Numbered from the stretch's first letter, positions 1 to 12,930 are shown. The stretch is 38,346 nucleotides of DNA from Vitrella brassicaformis CCMP3155 (GCA_001179505.1 CDMY01000633.1:1-38346); one strand, 5' to 3'. Numbers and translations: made by a program. Notes: generated by a model not told the origin, from the letters alone.

Positions 1-71
1 CTGTTGTCGGATTGCCTGCCCGCCCGCCCGCCCGCCTGCTGGCTGTATAAGTAACCAAGTGCCAATTCACC
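1..71. repeat. Terminal direct repeat, left copy (71 bp, identical to 38276-38346)
   Basis: ctgttgtcggattgcctgcccgcccg...gtaaccaagtgccaattcacc matches the last 71 nt of the window base for base. Confidence 0.97.
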
Positions 72-274
72 GACCGACCGCATCGAAGGGACGGCCACAC
101 GTGGTGTACGTTCATGTCTGCCTGGCTGCCCGATCGTGAGCAAGACGCAGGTTTTTGTGTGCTGGCTCACACCCTCCACTCCCCCTCCCCCCTGTCCGTC
201 TTGTCTTTTGGTCAACCTAGACAGAATTATCTACATGTGTGTGTGTATGTATGTGTGTGTGTGTGTCTGCCTAC

Positions 275-1061
275 GACTTTTTGGCTGCCTGCATCCCTGA
301 GCGTGGACAGACAGACAGACAGACGGACAGCCGGCTGTGTGTGTGGATGGGTGGACGACAGGTAGGAGACTGTGAGGCACTCACTGGATTTGGATGAGTG
401 GTCGGCATGGCTGTCCTGGCTGGTGCGGCGGATGGAATGGAGTGCTTGCCTTGCATGCGACTGATGAATGAATGAATGGGACAAGCGGACGGACAAGAAA
501 GACAACGCAATCAAAGAAGGAAATGGTTTCTTCCGGGTGGGTCTGTCTGTGGCTTCGTCACATACACGCACACACACATTCACGAAACCTTCCATCCTTG
601 TTGGTTGTGGTGGGCAGTGAGTGAGTCGAGAGAGAGGCAAGAGGCAATCAACGGAGGGCCACGTAGTGCGTCGTGTGTGTTGTATGTATGTTATGTCGTG
701 GGGCAGCTCTCAGTCACTCGTGGACTGGGCAGTTCAGTTGAGGCAATACACATAGAGGTCATGTCGTCATGTCATCTTTTATCGACACACAAACATCAAT
801 CACATCGTACGTACGTACGTACGCATGCACGCCTGCCACTGCCCAGAGCTCCCAATCACGGTGTGGCGGCGGGCTCTTGTGTCCTCCACAAGTGCCAAGC
901 TTGGCGCCGGTGGCGTGCAGAGCTTGAAGGGATGCACTGCACACCACCTTCGCCTCAGCGCAGGCAGGGCACAAGAGAAGACGCACACGTGCACCGGACA
1001 GATATGCGGAAGATCGGAAAGCATCTTCCTTCTCTATCGCTACGGCTACAGCCCGGCCCAT
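275..1061 (-). CDS. Possible spliced hypothetical gene (5' exons); may continue across the end-to-start junction
   Basis: ATG at 1061; phase-compatible candidate exons 995-1061 and from 936 down, plus 385-460 and 275-296, with canonical AG/GT flanks and microsatellite-containing intervals. Complete model not resolved; no recognisable domain. Confidence 0.3.
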
Positions 1062-1233
1062 TTCGTATGAGCTGAGCTGAGCTGAGTCAGCCACCGACAC
1101 ACACGAATCTCGAACCCAGCAGGCGGTACGTAGCAGCACTCGACAACGCCCGCAGCTCAAGGCAGTGACACCCACCCATCCCTCTCTCCCTGTCTCCCTG
1201 TCTCCCTGTCTCTCTGTCTCTGCTACGTATGCA

Positions 1234-4200
1234 TCAGCCAGGCTGTCCCACAAAGGGGGTGGCGGCCCACCGCGCCACCTCATCCACCGACCCCGCAAAC
1301 ACCACCTCGGTCTTGCACTGCTCACACAGGTACTCCTCGGGCCGCATCGGCAGCGGCTCCCTGGCCTCCTTGATGCGCTCCTTGTTCTCCTCGGCCCGTC
1401 TCGCATTCGCCGCCCTGATGCGGGGGAGGCTCAGCTGCCATGCGGCCCTGCGGTCGGCGTAGCACTTGGTGCAGATGTGCATGTGTCTGCAGGGGATGTA
1501 CATGACCGACGCAGGGCCGTGCTCGCCGAAACAGATGGTGCAGTCGGCTGTGGCAGACGGAGGGGACACAGACGGGGCCGCGCTACTGGATGATGAGGGC
1601 GAGGGCTGCTGGTGCTGCTGGTGCTGTAGTTGCGCCAGCCTGGGGACCGGGGCGGGCACAGACAGACACAGACAGCAGCATCATGATGTACACATGCATC
1701 GATGTGGGTTCTCCTGTCGCTCACTTCCACTTGGTCTGTTGCAGCTGGCGCATGAGGCCCTCCTCCTTCTCCTTGGCGTCTCTGGCATCCCGCTCCTTCT
1801 GCTCGAGCTGCCTCCGGAGGTCATTCACCAGCCGAGCGCTGGCACAGGAATGGGCCATGCCTAGTCGCCCGATAGCCGGTGCCGCCGGTCGTGTGGGGGG
1901 AGGTGGAGGGGGGAATGAGGGAGGGGGCGGGAGCGGCAGATTCCCGCTGCTGCTACTGCTGTTGCTGCTGGTGCTCGTGCCGGACATCGATGAGGCAGCC
2001 GGCACACCGGGGCCGGTCGGACGAGCCGGTCGAGGGTCTACTGCAGACGATCTGAAGGAAGGGTGGAGACGCAAAACTGTGTGCGTGTTTCACACATGAG
2101 CCACGCACGGCCCTTTGTTCCGCCACTCACAGTGGTAGGTTTGACGATGGCGATGATACTTGTACTGGTGGCATGGCAGCCGTAGGGACGAGGGGAGGCG
2201 CACCACTGACGCATCCACAGGAGACACACGCACGCACAAGCTGTCTCTCTACCGGCATACACCAGTGTGTATCAATTCTACGTATGTACCGGTGTATGTG
2301 TGAGTCGACAAGTCCGCGAGCAGAGAGCCCTTGGGGACCAGGATGCCCGCCACACGACGACGGCAGAGGACGACCATCACGACTGAACACACACAGACAC
2401 TCATATGCATCGGCGCATGCCTGCCTGTCTGTCTGTCTGTCTGTCTAAGACGTCTGCATACGTACCCGAGTGGCGACTGTGGTGGGATGGTCGGCTGCTG
2501 GGCGTGTGTCTTGTGTTTCTTCTTGTGCTTGCGATGGACCGGTATGAACTCTGAACCTCCGTCACTATCATCGCCATCGCCGTGGCCGAGCGGGTCAGCT
2601 GGCGGGCTTGCAGAAGAGCTACTAGACACAGATGGACCCGATGGCCCCCTACAGATCAGATCGATAGAGGCACACACACAGACATTAGCCAACGCCGCCT
2701 GGAGACGGACAGTCGTGTCATGTGCTCACAGGAAAGGGTCGATGGACGAGGTGGGCCGCTCTTCAGCGTCACTAGTACTGACGGCCCCAGTGGACATCCT
2801 GAAGATATGACAGACAGACAGACGGACAGACAGACACAACCAATGCAACCTACCGGCCATAAGTGAATGCCTTCTGGCCTGCCTGTGTGCCCCACCCACC
2901 CAACCTGGTGTCTGGAGCGGTTGACGACACCGACGGCTCCCTCTCCCCATCCCCCTCACCCAGACCGTCGGCCTCACCGTCCCTTCCGTCAGACGACAAA
3001 TCGACTGATTGCTGCCGCTGCTTGTGGTTGCCCGCCTTGCACTTCCCGCCGCCCTTCTTGCTTGCTCTTCTCTCCTTTTCCCTCTCCCTCGCCTCCTCGG
3101 CAATCAGCCTCTCGGCCAGCTTGGCGGCCGCTCTCTCTGCCTTCTCGCTCGGCTGTCGCTGCTGCTGCTGCTGCTGCGGCTGCTGTGGCGAGGTCTGCAT
3201 CTCCCGCTGGACGATGCGTATGAATCGGGCTCCGCTCCGGACCCGTAGATCCTTGGTGTTCATCTGCCTGATCGCCGACTCCTGCTGCTGTGTCGACCCC
3301 AAATGCCGCAGGAGCACGCGGACGACCTCCTTGCGCCTCTCGGAGTCGGTGCATCCCTCGTCCTCCGGACGGTCGGGCCGAGACAAAGGAGGGATGGCCG
3401 CCAAATCCAGCGGTGAGAGCGTGTCGACCACCGGCGCAGAGGTGATGTGCGCCACGGGCAGCCTCTCACACAACCACTCCACCATGTGAACCGCACCTGG
3501 CAGGCAGGCAGGCAGGCAGGCAACACAGGGCCACGTATCGGGCCAGCCAGCCACTTGCATGCCACAGTAAGTTCCGCGTACCATGCCAGACAGCATAAGT
3601 GAGGGGGGTGTTGCCGCTCTTGTTCGGGTCGATGAGAGAGGCACCGTGGGCCGACAGCAGATCCAGGTAGCGACGGCAGAACTCTCGCGACATCTCTCCG
3701 AACGGCCACGGGGCCCACTGGATGGGGGTCTTCTTGGACCCCGGAGCCTCCTCGGTGGCAAGGGCTGGTTCGTGCTGCAGGAGGGTGTCAAAGATGGCCA
3801 GCATGTGGTTCTGGTACTGCGGGCTGGGGCGGGCTGGGAGGGTCGTTGGTCGAGGGCACAGCAAGGGGCCGTTGAACCCCGTATCGCCGAGTCGGACACC
3901 CACACCATGACGTAAGAGCACCTCCAAAGCCGTCACGTTGGCGAAGTAGAGGGCCGCCCCGAGGGCTTCCTTCCCCTGGCTGGTGACTGCGGCTCCGCCT
4001 GCTATGAGGGCCTCCAGCACGGCCGCCTGGATCTCTCGGGACGGCCAGTTAGACAGACAGCTGTGCACTACTTGAACACCTTCGGGGCTGAAGTCGCTGT
4101 TGGTGGGGTTGTCCACCGCCCATGCCAGCTGCGCGAGTGACAGCAGGGAGATAAGGAGTCGACATGAACCACACTACAACAATGAATACATCGTCGGTAT

Positions 4201-4466
4201 CGTTTCATTCTTACCAAGGGGATGGTGCATGCAAAACTGGCCCGGTGGTTGACGCCACGCACTACGGCTGCCGCATCGGCATCTGCTCCGCCGTCGACGA
4301 GCGCCCCGACCTCATCGGCCGCGGCGCACGTGAGGCTGCGGGTCAAGATCCGATCAGCCAGCTGTCTGCTGATGGGAGTGTCGCCATCCTTGCCCTCGAC
4401 CCTCACGAGGGTGAACGACCCATGGCACCGCTCCTCACCGTCACCCTCTTGCCGCTCCTCCTCCAT
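1234..4466 (-). CDS. Ankyrin-repeat-like protein with coiled coil and C-terminal C3HC4 (IAP-like) RING, about 845 aa, 9 exons; putative E3 ligase
   Basis: Exons 4215-4466, 3582-4128, 2905-3496, 2730-2798, 2466-2648, 2290-2382, 2131-2205, 1731-2051, 1234-1639; all GT-AG and phase-consistent (2538 nt). Ankyrin-like motifs TIPL|LAWAVD, AALYFANVTALEVLLRHG, GNTPLTYAVWH|GAVHMVEWL. RING CTIC-x13-CRH-x3-CTKC...CEQC. Confidence 0.85.
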
Positions 4467-4885
4467 CTGCAACACGCACACACACACAACTGAGAACGTA
4501 AGCGACTTGTGATGCGTGACGGACCTGACTAGCAGGTCTTTCCTCAGGCGGCTGCGAAGATGTGGCCGACATCAATCAAAGCTAAGCTAAGCTTGGTCAA
4601 CAACAAACACGGCTGCACATCCATCCATCAGCGGGCACAGATCTGCCTTTTCACGGCCCAGCCATCGAGCTCTGTCGGGCCGCTCCACAGCCACCAACAC
4701 CGACGGAGGCCGCCACCGCCATAGCTAATGGACGCATGATCCATTGACTGGCGGAGCTGCCTCTATTCTCTTTCCTGCGGGCTATTCTCGCGTAAATTTC
4801 ATGTGGGTGTGAGGAAATAATGCGGCCCGCCGCCGGAGACCCGCGGCTTAGCTTATTCCGTTGATCCGTAACAGTGGGGAGGAGG

Positions 4886-7800
4886 ATGGATGCCCCTGAT
4901 TCCTTTGGAACAGATGCTCATCGCACGGATGACGTAATGGATCAGCAGATGCAGGGAAGCGGCCAGCAGCAGGGCGAGGGCGGTAGCGAGTACTTCAGCC
5001 TCGCCGGCAGCTCCATGGCCATGACGCCCATCAATGCGGCGGTGCGGAGGAGCGGGCAGAACAACCAGGACAGGAGGGGAGGGCCTTCGGTGAAGCCCTC
5101 ACCACTCTCCTCGATTCCCACGCCCACAGAATACCTCAACAAAGCTATGGATGCAAAGGTGGGTGAGCGAGGACCGATTGACGGCAGATAAAGAAATAGA
5201 TGGATGGATGGATGGATGAGCGCACGATGGTCCACGGTGTTTTTGTTATGTGTGTGTGCAGGATCCGTCCTTTTCCCGTATCCGGCAGGGCGCCATCCAC
5301 TATGGGGCGGCGCTCGCACGCAAGCAAGTCATCAAGACAGCCAAACAAGGCGCAAAGGTAGGCAGGTTACACATACACACACCAACAAGGCCACTTCGCT
5401 CCTCTCCTCTGCAACTTTCTCACACACGCCCACAGGAGAAGAATGCGTTAGTGAGGGGTTTGCGTGAGGGCCATGCTCGCGAGGTGTCCGACCTGCAGGC
5501 CCGCCGCAACGCCGAGACCACGGCTCGGTGTGCGACGGAGATGCGGCTGCATGAGGCGGAGGTGGTGCGGCAGAGGGCCGAGAAGGGGCGGGAGGCGGCA
5601 GACCGTGAGAGGGAGAGGGCCCAGCGGATGGCCAGGGAGGCTGCGGTGCGTGAGAAGGAGGCCAGCCGTATGGCGCAGCGGGACCAGGCCGTCAAGGAGA
5701 CCATGCTGCAGGAAATGAGGGCCACGCAACACAAATATGCCAGGGTACGGTGACAGACAGACAGACCACACGAAGGAACCATTAGGAGCTCGTTGTTCCA
5801 TTTCTCACTTGCGGTGTGTATGTGTGTGTGTGTGTAGGAGAAGCAGCGTTCGTTAGAGCTGGAGAGCAACATCCTCCGTCTGCATCAACTGGCTCAGCAG
5901 CACGACCTCGACGTAGACATCGACGCATACCTACCCCCGCCACCCGACAGCTCACTCCCCACACCGGCACCCCTCCACCCCTACCAACAGCCACAGGAGC
6001 ACGACAGTGACCAGGAGGAGGGCGTGCCCAGTGTGCGGCGTGGCAAGAGTCTCAAGCGGCGCCTGGGGGTGGTGGTGGACCAGGCCACCAGCCCGGTGGG
6101 TGAGCTCCTGCTGGGAGGGGAGGGGCAGATGGAGAGGCGGGATAACCAGACCATGACCTCGCGCAAGCTGCATCAGGGTGGGCTGGAAGGGAGGAACCAC
6201 GGAATCGGATGTGTGTGTGGGAGAGAGAGAGAGGGATGGATGGCCGGACATCTCCCTCCCTTGTTGTCATTCGTGTGTTTTCAGCCTTTGCGCGAGAGCA
6301 GTACGCCCAACAGAACAGTAGGCACCATGACTCCATTCATTCAGCCACGCACTGCCCTCATGATGTGTCGGCCGGTCGCTGTCTTTTGCCGCAGAGGCGT
6401 TGGAGAGGAATGTGGAGCACGTCATGTCGGCGGCCGAGGAGAAGATCAAGACCCTGGAGGAGCAGAATAAGACACTCCATGACGAGATGGCACTCCTGAA
6501 GTCATCCGGCAGCCGCGGCATGGGCGCCACAACAGCTGGCCGGCAGGGTCGGCTGCAGCGGGATGCTGACATAGAGGTAGAGATGGAGGGGGGCGGGGGC
6601 TGGCGCGCACCTCTGCCGCCGCCCACAAGGTCGGCACAGCGACGCATTCCCAACACCGGTACATCCATCAAGGATTGGCACGAACACACAGAGAGATGGA
6701 TCATGCATGTCTCCTTCTTGTGGGTGGATCAGGTGAGCCTGCGGTGCTCGACCAGATGCCTCACACGCCCCTGGCCCCCCAGCAGGAGCAGGCCCATCGC
6801 ACCAGGCTGCAGGCGCTCCCCTACCCCGACAGCCCGGCGCCCCCCTCAGTGTCGTCATCGGGCAACAACCCCTGTCTGCCACCGATGCCCAACTTCCCGC
6901 CCCCACAGCTGGATGACGCCGACCAGCATACGCCACACGACACATCACCACCACCGGCACTCCACAAGGTAGCCGAGGAGACCTGTGAGGACGACCAGCA
7001 GCAGAAGGGCAGGGAGGAGGAGAATGCCAAGGCGCTGCGTGACAAGAAGCCCGACCGTGTGGGCCGCAAGAAGCCGGTGGAGACCCCTGCCATCAGCCGA
7101 CTGCCGCAGCTCATCGTCAACAACAGCCCCAAAACAGCAAAAGGGACAGCAGTGGGTGGGGTGAAGCCACACCTCAAGGGTGCGACAGCGGCTGCGCGTC
7201 AGCGGGTGCTCAGCGGTGACCACCGGGGCTCGCTCGTCGACCGCAGGCCTGCCCGCCGGCCGCCAGCTGCTGGTGGCCGGGAGGTGCGGTCGCCGGTGCT
7301 GCCTGTGTCAGAGGACAACCACTCGGTCGCCACCTTCCATGGCGATGGACGCAACCACTTCACATTTGATGGCGGCCAGACACAGACACAGCAGCAACAG
7401 CAGCAGCAGCAGCAGCAGGAGGCTGAGCCATCGGCGGGCAAGAAGGACAAGGCCCCGTCGCGTGTGTCCAAGGGCATCAGCGGCAGCGCCAAGGCCCGGC
7501 CGAGCGGTCAGCAGTGGTCAGACACCAACAATAGCTTCGGCAGCCGATGGGGCAACCCATTCACGGGCACCACTGCCTCACGTGTGGGCAGCCAGGGGCA
7601 GGGTACCCGTGCGCTGGGGGCGATTAGTAGCTATTACAAGGATGGGCCGCTGGGTGCGTTGAAGAAGGGGGACCGGGGCGTTGGAGGACCTAGAGGCAAG
7701 CTGGGCGGTGGTCGCGAGTCGAGCGAGAGCCCTCAGATGCGTGGGGGCAGTGTCGGTGTGGGTGCGGGGAGGGGGCGACCGATAGTGCCCAAGGCGGAGG

Positions 7801-9481
7801 ACGGCGAGAAGAAGAAAAAGCCACTGGAGAACAGACAGCCACAGGTACACCACACAAATGAGAGGAGGACGCATATGAGTCCTGCCATTCTACTCTCTGG
7901 TTGGTTTATGTTTTGTCAGGGCGTTGGGCGTGATCTGCATCCCCCTTCGGCCATCCCCATTCCCAACGACATAGGTGGTGCCCTCATCCCGCCGCGCGAG
8001 CCCATCCCCAAAGCCAAACAGCCACCCGCAGCCGCAAACAACGCCAGCCAACACATCCGTTCCACGCCGCAGTTCTCGGCAGACCCCTTCATACGCCAGC
8101 AGGTGGAGGTTGGCGCCAAGGCCGCCCCCATTGTGGGTTCAGGCGCCTTCACGACCCGCGAGCGGCACCAGACGCCCCCGCCGCCCCGAGGGGCTCCCTC
8201 GCCCACACCGCTGTACCGCAACGCCAACAGGGGCGAGGGCGGGCAGCGACACATCCGCATGGCTCTCAGGGCTGGCGGAGTGGGCGATAGGCCGCTGACA
8301 TACCGAGAGGACCGGTGAGGAAACAAACAAAGAACAGCGATACCTCGTCCCTCCACCTCCTTATTTGCCTGTTCTCCTTCCGTTTCATTCAGTGGTGTCT
8401 TGCCCATTCGGGACTCGACCAACATCCCCCGCCCGGTCATCACTTCACGCCAGGACCAGCCACCCTGCCGTGCACCTGCCCCTCCCAAGGTCAAGTCGCC
8501 CACCATCCAGCAACAGCAGCAGCAGCAGCAGCAGGAGGTGAAGATGCCTTTGCATGTGGAGCCAGAGCCCACCATTCCCCTCCGCCCGACACAGCGTTTC
8601 GACCTGTCTGTTGGTGTGGGTGCGGTTGTGCCGGTCAAGGGCATCATAGCGGCGGAGGCCAGGGATGTGGTGACAGGCAATCTGGAGCTGTACGGCGGAC
8701 AGAGGAAGGGGTCTGTGGAGGGCAGGAAGGGCGATGGGGGCAAGGTGGAGGACCAGACACACCGAACCTACAACGCATCGGCCTCTGAGCGAGGTACCTA
8801 CGTGGCCACTCGTAACCATACATACTGTCTCTCTGCATGTGTGTCTCTTTTTCTTTCTTTTGTCTTTCAGTGCTGGATGGCGTGTCGACTCTGCCAGGTG
8901 CGCCCCACCGTCCTCCGCCCCTCGCCAGTCGCTACCCAGTGTCCGTGGGCGACCTCAACAGCCAGCAGCACATGATACAGCAGTCGCCTACCGGCGGTGG
9001 CCCCTACCCGGCTCGCGCATACCCATCTTCACCGACATTCGATAGCATCCAGCCCCATCACCACCAGCAGCAGCAGCAGTATGGAGGAGTGGGCTCGCCC
9101 GCAGTGCTGCCCCGCCCCGCCATGCCCACACCGAACATGATGTATCCGCAGTCGAGCATCCCCTCATTCCTCACGCGACAGGAGAGGGGCACCACAATCA
9201 ACGAACCGATGATCGTGTGGCGCAGGGGGGCCCCCGTGCAGCCATTGGGCGACCTCCACCCACTGCCGCCATACCCTGCGTATGTGATGCCGCCTGCTGT
9301 GGGGTCGTTTGGCGTGCCGCAAATGCGTCCACCGATTGCGTATGGCGGGGTGGGGGTGGTTGGCAGAGGTCCTGTGGGCAGCGGTGGGCTGGGCAGAGGG
9401 GGAGGGGGAGGTGGAGGGGGGTATGAGGTCCACCAGCCACAGCAACACCCGACGCACACACAGCCGTATCAGTACCGATAG
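4886..9481 (+). CDS. Hypothetical protein, about 1277 aa, 10 exons; N-terminal coiled coil, then a long Pro/Gln/Gly-rich disordered region
   Basis: Exons 4886-5158, 5262-5357, 5436-5744, 5838-6177, 6285-6317, 6395-6658, 6733-7844, 7920-8314, 8393-8793, 8871-9481; phase-consistent (3834 nt). E/R/A-rich helices and polyQ tracts. Confidence 0.75.
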
Positions 9482-9976
9482 ATAGAGAGGGATACCGACT
9501 GGGGGAGGGGGGGAGAGTGGGAGAGAGAGGTAGACTATATCCATGAGTGCATGCATCGATGGGATGGATTGGATGGTGTGGGTCTGGCTGCCTGTCTTGT
9601 GAAGCGCCTCGTTGTTTTTTCAAGACATAGAGGGAAGGATGGGTCGAATCGAATCGGAATGGGCCCTCATGCCTGCCTCTCACCTGTCTGGCCTGGCCTG
9701 CCTCGCCGAGCTCTGCTGCACTGCACACCAACACCGGCACACCGACAGACACCATGATAATAGGTCAGGCAGGCGCAGAGAGGCGAGCATAGAGGGTCCA
9801 TTTCAATAGTGCGGTGATGGCTGGCCGTGGCTCCATGGATGGACGCTTCATGGGCTGACACAATGCATGCATGGGTATAGGGTGGTAGAGAGAGGATGAG
9901 ACACTTACAGAACACATGAAGGTCGGTCCATAACAAATAAAGGTCTGTACACACGCCGTCTGTTCGTCTCCAAGCA

Positions 9977-12930
9977 TCAATGCAGTTCTGTCCTGGTGCT
10001 CCCACTGCCACACAGCTCTAGAGACACCACACAAATGTCACCATCTCCCTCTCCCACACCAGCCTGCGCGTGCAGGCCCTCTTGATGCAAAGCCGCCGCT
10101 GCCTGTGAGCCCTCCACCAGCACATCACGCACCACTGCACGCCACGCACTGTGGGCAGCAGCCGAGAGCGGTACCCGCAGCAACGCAATAACACCGGAAG
10201 GCTCCCTCAACATTGCCACCTGTATATACAAACACAAATCGAGAGGGAAAGACAAACATCACACACATGATGGATGGATGCGGTGGATGCACGTGGTGCC
10301 CAGCCGCCGACCTGATGCCAGTCATGTGCGAGGAACATGAGCAGGTGGATACCCCCGCCCAGCATGCCCTCGTCCGTCACCGCCCTCTCCACCACCCTCC
10401 CAATCTCCTCACGCAATCCGTTGAGTGCCTCATCGCCCATCGCCCGCCCCCGCAGTGTGGCCAACACCGGCTGAGCAGAGGCGTGCTGCGTCCAGAAGTC
10501 AGGCGGCAGCGAGGGAATGGTCAGAAGGGAGCTGGTAAAGGCCTGCAGCAGGGCCGGGTAGTAGGGGAAGGCCACAGCAGAATCGGGGTCGCCGGCATCA
10601 GGGGCCGTCTGTGGTGCGATGACAACAGCACGCGAGGGGTCCGCTGACAGCCGGACAGCGATCCTGGGGTAGCCCCTGCCTCCGTGGTGCGCCATGAGGC
10701 CGATCTGGGCCAGTGCACCGACGGTCTTGTCCCACCAGTTGAGCATGGTCATGGGCGGCAGCTCGCTCATGGCTGCGGTCTCCATTTCGTCGTCCTCGCC
10801 CGCCTGGTCCAGGAAGTCGTGGAAGTCCCTCCGCGTCACCCACAGCGCCACACGCCCGCCGCCCGCGTCACGGTGCCACATGACACTGTTTACCACAGTG
10901 TGCAGCAGAAGGGCGCCCAGCTCGCCAACGGGAGGCAACCCCCCAGCCACATCACCCGCACCCTCCTGCTGCTGCTGCAGTGTCTGCGGCCCCTCTGTGC
11001 GCATGGCTTTGGCCTTGAGGAGCCTGGCGACCGTCATGACGACAGACGGCACGCACAGGGGGGCCGGGAGGCCGCGAGAGGGGGGCGGCTGTGGCTGTTG
11101 TTGTGGTTGTGATGGTGCGGGTGGTGGGTCTTCCAGTGCTCTGGCGATTGTGAGCGAGAGGAAGTTGAGGGACGTTGTCCAGGGGAATGATGGCTGGCGC
11201 CACAGCACACAGTGGAAGACCCACTGCATAGACACAGTACACATTCAAAGAAGATGGGCAGTAGGGTGCATGCACCACAGTGCTGGTCTGGTGTGACCTG
11301 CAGGAAGTGGAACTGCGGGTTGCGGCGCAGTCTGTCGATGCCGTCATGTGAGATGCTGCCGACGTCCTCGGCAAAGGGCTCCGTCGTCACCTCTCCCTCG
11401 TCGGGTGGAGCCTCCCACGAGGGCCCGTAACCTGCACAGAGACATCCAACGATGGCCGCGCCTTCATTCATATTAAAATCACTGCTGCTGACCAGGAAGG
11501 CTGCTCCACAGGCTATCAATCGCAGCGGCCGACCCAGCCCGTCCTTCACACGCCTCCCGCACCACTTTGATGCTCGCCTCCACATCTACCATGCCCTCCC
11601 CGAGCCTCGAGCAGCAGAAGAGCACTCCATGCCGCTCATCCCTGTGCGCCAGTTGCGACGCCAGGAAGGCCAGCCTCTCCAGGAGCCGCATGAATGCCGT
11701 GTGGCTGAGGGTGAGGACCCCTGTGTGTGGACTGCGGTCGAAGAGCGTCTGGCAGTTGATGAAGTAGAGAGTGCGCCTGGATGTCTTGAGGAGGTCCATT
11801 GACCGCTCGAGGACGTCCTGCAGGTGGGAAGTGAAGGACGTGTCGGCGGGAGAGGGGTCAGAGAGAGGTCGATTGACCACCGCGGTGACGTCCTGCAGAC
11901 AGCCGGGATGAGAAGCGAGAATGTGCGGTCAACGGATGCACTTGTTTGGTGTGCATGTTTGTGCAATGTGTGTGTGCGTACGTGTTGGTGTGTGGCGAAC
12001 GTCATGAGTCTGTCGAGGTGGTCGCCGCCCAGCTCCAGGAACTGAATGCCGACGAACCGCGTGCTTGCATCAAACACATAGTACTGGTCCACCGACGAGC
12101 CTGAACGCCAAACAAGGCATCCATCCCGTCGGGTCACGTATGTCACATTATTCTTCACTTATTGACGACCTACCTACCTTCCATGGCACATGCTGGTCTG
12201 AATGCGTCGATGCCGAACTCATTGCAGAAGAAGAAGAAATCGTCGATCGTCAGCAGAAACAGACCCCTGACGGACACAAACAGAGAGGCGGCACCACATC
12301 CAACACTGACGCCAGGAAGACTCTTGTTACCTGGCGATGTCTGTGTCCAGGAAGGGCAGCTCATCTCTCGCGGCCGACACATCCTCACCCGGCTGACACA
12401 CACACACACGCACACACGAACGGCCAAGAACTGACGCTGCACCCCTCCTGCGCGCCAGCTGTGTGTACCTGCAGCAGCCGCACATTGAGGAAGGAGGCCG
12501 ACAGGATGGGCAGGAACGATGTCAGCCGCAGAAAGTTGACGTCCGGGGCGTTGCAAAACGTGTGGATCAGAGTGGACCTGAGGGCGAGCCAACAAACACG
12601 ACACATCAAGAATGGAATCAACCGGCATCAGCCGGCAGACAGAGGGTGCCTACTTGCCGGCATTTTGGTCTCCGACGAGGAGGAATGTGAGCACTTCCAC
12701 CCCTGGCGTGTGGCCGAGCGCCGCCACCACATTGCTGAGCGTCAGCTCGTCCACCTCCTCGTCGTGCCTGCAGGCATCCACATCGACAAACACGAACACA
12801 CACACACAAGCTGCTGGATGCACGACGAATCATCAGATCTGGGTGATGACCTGTCTGGGTGTTTGTAGGAGCATCGCTGCTCGAACCCGAAGGGCGTCCT
12901 CACGACGGGAAGCGCCTCCTCTACTTCCAT
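9977..12930 (-). CDS. Atypical P-loop (Ras-like) GTPase-domain protein, about 753 aa, 10 exons
   Basis: Exons 12851-12930, 12654-12767, 12469-12577, 12331-12392, 12178-12266, 11982-12100, 11493-11892, 11298-11431, 10312-11223, 9977-10219; phase-consistent (2262 nt). Splicing creates LLVGDQNAGK|STL (Walker A after a hydrophobic strand); G3-like IQFLELGG. Confidence 0.75.

Noticed and set aside
1069-1086. Short tandem repeats such as (GAGCT)n, (GACA)n and (GATG)n as CRISPR-like arrays
   Set aside because: No repeat-spacer structure; they are simple sequence repeats.
9548-11274. TGCATGCA (known ApiAP2-binding motif) at 9548, 9864 and 11267, also 4226
   Set aside because: These occurrences are in 3' intergenic, intronic or coding sequence, not in the divergent promoters, and fit the general TG/CA-rich background.
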